This document shows positions 55,747 to 64,000 of a DNA stretch of 64,000 nucleotides, piece after piece. Source of the DNA: the human T2T-CHM13v2.0 reference genome, Homo sapiens. The notes under the pieces are model-generated. The model ran no database searches. It was not told where the DNA came from and was given only the letters and a program-made list of their open reading frames with translations. The stretch is from assembly GCF_009914755.1 (NCBI RefSeq), contig NC_060927.1. One strand, written 5' to 3'. Made by a program: the position numbers and the translations under genes. How positions within the stretch are numbered: the first letter of the stretch is position 1; each line of letters opens with the position of its first letter.

Positions 55747-56741
55747 AGCTAAATTAAGCCAAAGAAAATTACACACTGACTCAGAACTGAGAATAAGGCT
55801 GTCTCATAATGATACTCAATAAATGTTAATAAATGATATCACCAAGGTTGTCATCAGAATCATCATTGCTATTTTGGACATTTGTGGCTATAATGAATTT
55901 AAAGGTTGCATGATTTTTTTTCTAGCTACATTCTGCTGCTTTTATTCAGGTGTGGAGAAGATGGATAGTTGGATGATGGGTAATGGATGGGGAAAAAGTA
56001 GGAGAAATATTGGACTGGAACTCTATGAGATCAGATATTTGAAATATATATATGGTTATGGTATGATAGAATGCAGAAATGTAGTGGGTAAGAATTCTTG
56101 AAACCTACATTTCTGGGGTGGTGAGGTTGTCACTGATCAACAACAAGAGTAGCTATGTTGAATCAGAGCACGAAGATGATAAGAAGCTGAAAGGCCAGGA
56201 TGTCAAATGGGTTCCTAAAATGGATATTGAAATCATGAGTAATGGTAGAAAGGGTCATGGCGGAGAGGAAGTCATTGATCTGGGCACTCAACTCTTGCAG
56301 TTGTGCTTGCTTTTGAAGATGGCACTGTCCTCTCCTACAACTCATTTGGTCTTGTCTTGTTCCAATGCATAAACCAGCTCATTATTCCATCTGTTTGTTC
56401 AATGCCTGTGGAAGCTTCTATTCTAGCCCACACCAATGTCTCCTTTCTCTTTGCACAAATTAGCACTCAGCTGCACAGTCTTTTATATTGGCCTCAAATT
56501 ATTAGATGTGTGTCAGTCTGGTCAATATGGCAATTTAATCACCTTGGGAGCAATTAAACCACACTTTTCATTTCTTATCTCCTGCACAGGAAGTAGTGAA
56601 TGAACTATTTCTGAAGTGACTGATTTGCACCATGGTAGAGGTAGGGGTGGAGGAGGGTTGACTTAAAAGCCCCCAAGAAACCAATCAGCAGTCCTTTCCA
56701 GACTGGCACTGTGTGCACTTTGCCATTTTGCCCTGTATCTG

Positions 56742-56744
<3 letters not shown>

Positions 56745-56779
<35 letters not shown>
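56745..56779. repeat. (CA)n microsatellite
   Basis: About 17 AC units. Confidence 0.95.
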
Positions 56780-56783
<4 letters not shown>

Positions 56784-56865
56784 TAGTGTTTATCAGGTAC
56801 CGGTGTCTTTCTCCATGCCCTCATTGCCCCCTGCTCATGCTTCTAAAACACCTCTTAGCACTGAC

Positions 56866-57375
56866 TGTGGGACAGTGGCTGCCCAGCATCCAAGCCCTGA
56901 TTTTCTTTTGGAAATCTGTCTCCTGCTTCTTTGGTGCATGTGGTTGTGTTGGATCTAACTTCACACACAACTCTAGCATTTGCCATGCTGACTTTCCCAA
57001 GACCAAAATGATCGGCTAAGGACTGAGCACATGACCCAATTAGAGCCAATGAGATATCTTGATATTTTTGCTCAGATTTCGGGGTTAGGCAGGCATTCTT
57101 ATTTAAAGAGGAGAAGACATAAGGACTGGTATCCATGGTGCCTCTAGAAGACAGTCAAATTGTGGAGAGCAGAGCCAAAAGATACGGAGAGAGAAACCAC
57201 AGACTGGTGGACAAAGGGAAGCTAGGTTCTGGTGAAGTCATTTTAGCCCTGCTAAAATGGGTCTGAAGTCAGCCTTACCCTTGGTTTGCAATTAGAGGAG
57301 CCAGTTACATTTCCTTTTTGTTTGAGCCACTGTAGATTGGATGTTTTCTTCCTTATAGTGCAAAGAATCTCAACA
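56866..57375 (+). mobile_element. LTR16-like ERVL LTR
   Basis: ggctgcccagcatcc ... ggctaaggactgagcacatgacccaattagagccaatgaga ... catttcctttttgtttgagcca. Confidence 0.55.
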
Positions 57376-57549
57376 AGTGCAGAATTTACCCAGTGTGTTA
57401 TAAGCTGTTTCTCCTATTACAGGACAAGCTCCTGTAAGGCAGGGCTCTTGTCTTATCTGTGTGCTTCCAGCAGAAGGCACAGTGTCTGGCACGCGGGATG
57501 CCTCCAAACCATGTTTATTTTACTGTGTATGGAATGGTCTCACTTTACA

Positions 57550-57790
57550 GCATTGCTCTTCAAAGTCGGGTCCTTGGACCAGCAGTATCAGCCCCTCTCT
57601 AGACTGCCAGATCATAATCTGCATTTATTTATTTATTTATTTTTAGAGATGGGGTCTCTGTCACCTAGGCTGGAGTTCAGTGGCACGATCATAGCTCACT
57701 GTAGCCTCGAACCCTTGGGCTCAAGCGATCCTCCCATCTACATTTTAATAAGATCCTCAGGTGATTCCTGTGCTTTTGGGAAGGATTGCT
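57550..57790. mobile_element. MER5A-like MITE interrupted by an Alu monomer (57625-57736, minus strand)
   Basis: caaagtcgggtccttggaccagcagtatcagc ... aatctgcattt [Alu] atctacattttaataagatcctcaggtgattc. Confidence 0.65.
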
Positions 57791-59564
57791 CTACAGACTT
57801 ATAGTCAATTGCATTTTGCAAACATCTGGCCTGGAGTGGTTGTGCTGGCCTAAAGAGTACCACCTCAGTTCAGTAATTCTGGCTGCATTTCAAGACTCTA
57901 CCAGTAGGTATCTTGTCCACAGGATTCCATAAATTTACAGATAAGATGCTCAGAAAGCCAGGTGTGGCATCTGCAGTAGTCCAGTCCCACAGAGTGAGGG
58001 AGGTGAAAGACCCCCACAGCTTCACCATGGTTGCCTGGATCCCTTCCTGGCACCATGTCCTGGCAGCCTGCCAAAGGACTGAGCATTTGTTTACCTATGA
58101 ATATGTTAACAACCCACTAGATTCTTGGTTTTGGGAGCCTGGAGAAGGCTAAGTGAAACCTGAATTCTGTCACAGTCTAGGGAATAATACATGTTAAAAT
58201 GAATTCTGGGCTTCCATCCTGCAGCATTTTAGCCATGTGGCTGGGTCCAGGATTCGATTCTTAGAGTCTTTTCAAGCATATGATATTAGGAGGGATGAAG
58301 GCAAACAAGCGTTGTATAAATCACATAAAAAGACTAAGATTTCCATTTCTGAGCTTGTTTTTGGGTGATGAGAAAGTTTGGTTTGTCAGACACCCTACAA
58401 ATTACATTATGTATAAATGACAATGTAAATCTATTCATTTCTTTTCTGATTTCCACTTATCCCCTTTAGTAAGAATATATTTCTTACCCTAAGAGTTTTA
58501 CACCCAGCTATAACACATTCATTTTGAGTGAATTTAGAAAAACAGAGTCTCATCTAAGGAACATACATGCATGTTACCATACATATGCATATTAACATAA
58601 ATGATTTGCACAACTTTTAATAATGTGAGACAGAAAGAATGAGTCACTTCTTTTCTGTAACTTAAGAATTTGCTTAAAAATGCATATTAGGAAGCTTCAA
58701 GCTGGGGGCAGGAGAGGAACACATTCATATTCCTTGTAGCTGCGGTTTGCTCTCCTGGAAGTGGGAGTGATGACTAATAACATTGTCTCTATGGGGATGT
58801 GGTCCTGGCATTGCCATTGGCAGTTGCCCTTCCGGGCTTTTCAAACCATCTGCAATAACTTCTGTCTTCTGGTCATTACTTCTTCCAGTCCCCATTCTAC
58901 AGACTGTGGGTCAGTTCTCTAACTTACAGTAATGTTATGATTCCCATTCTCCCCCCAAAATATCAGAGGACTTCCAGGAGGTCTTAATTGCTTATAGATG
59001 GTTACCTCACCACTCTGATGAAAATATTCTGGTTGTGGTAACTTGCATTTTAATATCCAACATCTTACTTTTTCTTTGTTTCTTTGTGGCAGGTTAAGTA
59101 CTTTCATTTATATAATTTTTGACAGCCAGCATGGTCTATAACTCCAGTAAATGGCAGAGAACAGAGCTACTACATACTAAACAGAACACATTGTGAAACA
59201 CACTAGACTTGGGGTATCCTGGAGGAGCACGCATTGGGCAAGAGTAATTTCCACAGTTGGCCACCCTGGCTCTCACCACTGAGTGTGGGGAAAAATCCAC
59301 AGACCATGGCAATAGATGGTTAGCTATCCATTATATCTAGCTCTCTAGATACACACACAGTCATGTGTGCACAAACATGCATGTGTATGTGTATTTGTAA
59401 GGAGGCTGTCTCATAGACAAATAGCATTTTAACATATCAGAGCTGTGCAAGGTGAGGCTAAACAGGGGTCGAGTGCACTTAATGGCCAGCTGATGCAGGT
59501 GAATGCATTTTGCTCAGGGAGAAGTACCAGCCCTTTTAGATTAGCTAAGATGATGGTTTGTTCA

Positions 59565-59859
59565 CTTTTTTTTTTTTTTGAGATGGAGTCTCGCTCTTGT
59601 CACCCACGCTGAACTGCAATGAAGCAATCTTGGCTCACTGCATCCTCCGCCTCCTAGGTTCAAGCGATTCTCCTGCCTCAGCCTCCTGAGTAGCTGAGAT
59701 TACAGGTGCCTGCCACCAGGCCTGGCTAATTTTGTATTTTTAGTAGAGACGGGGTTTCACCATGTTGGCCAGGCTGGTCTCGAACTCCCAACCTCAAGTG
59801 AACCGTCTGCCTCGGCCTCCCAAAGTGCTGGGATTACAGGCATGAGCCACTGCGTCCAG
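59565..59859 (-). mobile_element. AluS-type SINE with TSD
   Basis: Full reverse Alu; TSD TGGTTTGTTCACTTT at 59553 and 59860. Confidence 0.95.
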
Positions 59860-59959
59860 TGGTTTGTTCACTTTTAAAAAGCAACTTTACATTGGCAATG
59901 AATGAGTAGAAAATATTTCCTTCCTTTGACATCCAGAGGATGATTGTTTGCAATCTTGA

Positions 59960-60492
<533 letters not shown>

Positions 60493-61334
60493 TTTACAGG
60501 TGTTCTTATTTTAGATTGACATGGCTACATTGCCTGCTGTCAAGTTAAAAACCTAGAATAGGTCTGGTTATTTGCCAAGAAGAAAACATCAGAAAACTCC
60601 TTCTCACATGTGGATAATTACTGAAGAATCTTTGTTTTTCTTTTTTTTTAGTTTTTTTCAAGGATACTTCAAGTTATCTAACCCAAATACCCAATTAGGA
60701 TATAATTTTTTATTTGAATAATTATCATGTATCATCTATATTCTGAAACCAGTGAGCAATGTTAATAGAAATGTCCTATCTAGGGGCATGGGGAAAGCAA
60801 CTATTTCCATTTTGGTGCAATTTAGAATTAGCTGACATGGAATGATTAGGAAGACTATGTGCTTATTTTCTTAATCAGAATTACAGCCATGGGACCTCAG
60901 TGACCCCATTGTTAATAAAGATGCACACTTAACACTTAGTCAAACACGGATATCATTTTTTAGGGATCAGGTCCTCAAGGCATTATGAAGACATCCTGTG
61001 ATGTTCACAGTAGGTTGGGGAAAATCCCCTCAAAAAACTCCAAACCTGTCATCTTCCACAGTATTATGTACTTAAAAATAAAGACTTTGCTTGTGTGTTT
61101 GTGTGACAACTATTACTATTTCATGTGATAACTCTGTGCTCACTGTCAAAGGAGACAGCCACAGAGCACAGAGGTTGTGCATCTCCCAGAAAGTACACTG
61201 AGTCTCACTGGCCTGTTGAACAGCCAGTAAGAGACAAGAAGTGAGGGAGGTGTTGATGGATAGAGGTGTTACCAGCTGGTGACATCGTAGTCTAGCATGG
61301 GCCAAGGAACAAGAATGATCTGTGGGCTTTTTAA

Positions 61335-61702
<368 letters not shown>

Positions 61703-62839
61703 TCAATGGCCTCTCTTCCAGATGGTGCTCTCTGATGAGAAGACACTGTTATGTACCAGCTAGTCACTCTGAACCCTGTTTTATAACCTTTATGTAGTTG
61801 GCAAGAAAATTAAATGAGAGGAAACTCCTGATATTGCCCAACACCTAGAATGCCTGGTGTTCTAATATTGAAAGAACTCTACCTTCCCCTCACAAACAAG
61901 AGCAAACCCTCAATCCCCAAACTTTTGTTTAAAATTCTGTTTTGGAAGTGAAGAAAATAGCATTAAGCAAAGAAACGAGGGTAAAACAGAAATTCTAAGC
62001 CCAGTAATAGAGCTAGGATTAGATTTCGGATTAGATTGCCTTTAATAGAGCAACTTAGCACATGATTACTTCTCTTTATTCTTCCACATGGGCTTGATAT
62101 TTTTCTCTCTCTGCCCCTTTGTGGAACTTTGGGTAAGGAAAACAACCTAAAACCATATCCTTCACTCTCCTTACTCAAATAAACAAAAACAAACCTCAAA
62201 TCCACAAACATAAATTTAAGACTTTGATTTGGAACTAAAGGAAATGGTATTAAGCAAAAAAAAAAAAAACAAAAAAAAACAAAAAAACTGTTTTGGTTGA
62301 AATGCTCTTTCTCCTTGGCTCACACAGTTTTGCCTAAGGCTCACGGGGCACCAAAGTATAAATTAATCTGGAAAAAAAAATCAAAGGCTTTTAACCATCT
62401 GTGCTGTGACTTCAGCCGGCAGAGTCCTGATGCTGCCACACCAACTCTCTTTGCTCAGGAAGTGCATAGGTGCTGTCCTGAGTCCAGAGACAGCTCCTGG
62501 TCTGGCTGATTTCCTTGCGGGAGGTGTCAGTGATGGGTCTCTGTTGTCCTGCAGCTCAGCCAGGCAGAAACATAAGTCAAGAGCAGGAAAAGCTTTCCCA
62601 GGCCCACCACATCTGAGGTCCTTTCTCTCATAAGCAGTGGGTCTGATTTCACAGTTACCTTCTCTATTACCTGCCTGGGTCTGGCGTAGAGTGGTCATGT
62701 TTATGCTGAGAATATTCTTCCATTGGGCCAAGCTTCAGTAGCTTGGAAATTCAAATATAGATTCTCAAAAGTATGTACTTGATAATTCAGCAGAAATTTA
62801 AAGAGCTGTAATCTGCAAGGGACACAGACATATAGTCTC

Positions 62840-63150
62840 TGCCCTTTTGGAATGTATGTTGCAGTAGGAGAGATAGACTAACAAACAGTTCAGGGACAGT
62901 GTGACAAATGCCACTGTAAGACAAGTTCAAGGAGGGAGGAGGAGCTAATCCCTACTGGGTGGTTGGGGAGGGATACTCAAGGAGGCTTCACAGAGAAAGT
63001 AACATCTCTTCTGGGGCCTGAAGGTGAAACCAGAATTCTCTTAAGTGGTGGGGTTAGGGCCCAGGTAGGGTACTAGACAGAAGGAGCAGTGAGTGCAAAG
63101 TCCTGGGAGAAGTCCAGTAGGGCTGGCATATAGAATGTGAGTGATCAAGC
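62840..63150. mobile_element. L2 fragment
   Basis: tctctgcccttttggaa ... caaggaggcttcacagagaaagtaacat ... agcagtgagtgcaaagtcctg. Confidence 0.6.
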
Positions 63151-63157
63151 TGGAGAG

Positions 63158-63605
63158 ATTGGCAGGATTCCTGGTGCCTTCTGAATCGCATTCTCCCCTT
63201 CATCTATAGTCACAGGACCAGCAAGTTTTAGAGAGGCATGCAACTGCCCAGAATAAAGACTACATTTCCCACCCTCCCTTGAAACTGGATGTGGTCCACG
63301 TCCAAGTTCTGGCTAGTGAGAAGAAAACAGCGTTATGCGTATATTCTCAGGGCTGTGTCCTTAAAGGGTGTGTCCTTCCTCCTTGTCTTTTCCGCTTCCT
63401 GCTGACCGGAATGTGGATGAGGTCAGGAGCCTCCGGGAATGGCCCCACCCCAAGACAGGAGCTGGGTCCTGATACTGAAGGCATCTTACAGTCATGGACT
63501 ACTCATGTTCAGATGGTTCTGTGAGAGAAAAATAAACTTCTGCCTTATTTAAGTTACTGGTAATTTGGATCTCTGTTGTAACAGCTAGATCTGTGTCCTA
63601 AATAA
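63158..63605 (+). mobile_element. LTR33-like ERVL LTR
   Basis: gcattctccccttc ... agactacatttcccaccctcccttg ... aagttctggctagtgag ... gtgagagaaaaataaacttctg. Confidence 0.6.
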
Positions 63606-63794
63606 TTCACGAGGTCAGCTGGGGCCAGATACTTTTTCCTTCCATTTGAATAGTGTGCTTGTTGAGTGCCCACTCTGTGAAGGCATCGTGTGAGGGGCTG
63701 GGGTTACAGTGGTGACCGCGCTGGACAGAGTGCCTCTGGTGAGGCTCTCTAAGCAAAAAAAAAATGGTGATGATGAAGAAGATGACGATTAGAG

Positions 63795-63950
63795 TAGCCA
63801 ACGTTTATCAAGAGTTTTCTCTGTGCCAGAAAAGTACCTTACACATGATTTCAGGTAATCCACGCAATAGCCTTATGACTTAACTGCTATTATTTGCTCT
63901 GGTTTATAAATGAAGAATGAAGAGGTTAAGTAACTTGTCCAAAGCCCCAA
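63795..63950. mobile_element. MIR SINE
   Basis: ctctgtgccag ... tttataaatgaagaatgaagaggttaagtaacttgtccaaag. Confidence 0.6.
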
Positions 63951-64000
63951 GGCTGTTCTCTATTTTGAGAGCAGTTGCAAATAGGGTGGAGTTGAAGCAT

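Overview
Human/primate genomic DNA, rich in Alu, SVA and HERV-H LTR7 elements. It holds one protein-coding gene, CHST2 (carbohydrate sulfotransferase 2 / GlcNAc-6-O-sulfotransferase 1; from recall, chr3q24). CHST2 lies on the + strand inside a CpG island (~42.4-45.8 kb). Its CDS is uninterrupted (44215-45807, 530 aa, internal Met48 at 44356), with a predicted 102-nt 5'UTR intron and several candidate poly(A) signals. The rest is intergenic and transposon-rich: about 25 Alus, a full-length SVA inside an AluJ, a MER52 solo LTR, a ~6.6 kb MER61-like ERV1 provirus nested in an L1, an LTR7 solo LTR just upstream of the island, plus DNA transposons, MaLR/ERVL LTRs, MIR, L2 and old L1. Almost all other ORFs in the track are repeat- or GC-driven noise. 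The three most interesting observations are: (1) a strong-Kozak 50-codon uORF whose stop overlaps the CHST2 start codon (TGATG) and could switch between long and short isoforms; (2) a ~100-bp apparent 5' transduction carried by the SVA inside its TSDs; (3) the LTR7 as a candidate pluripotency enhancer for CHST2. Repeat subfamily names are from recall of consensus sequences and were not checked computationally.
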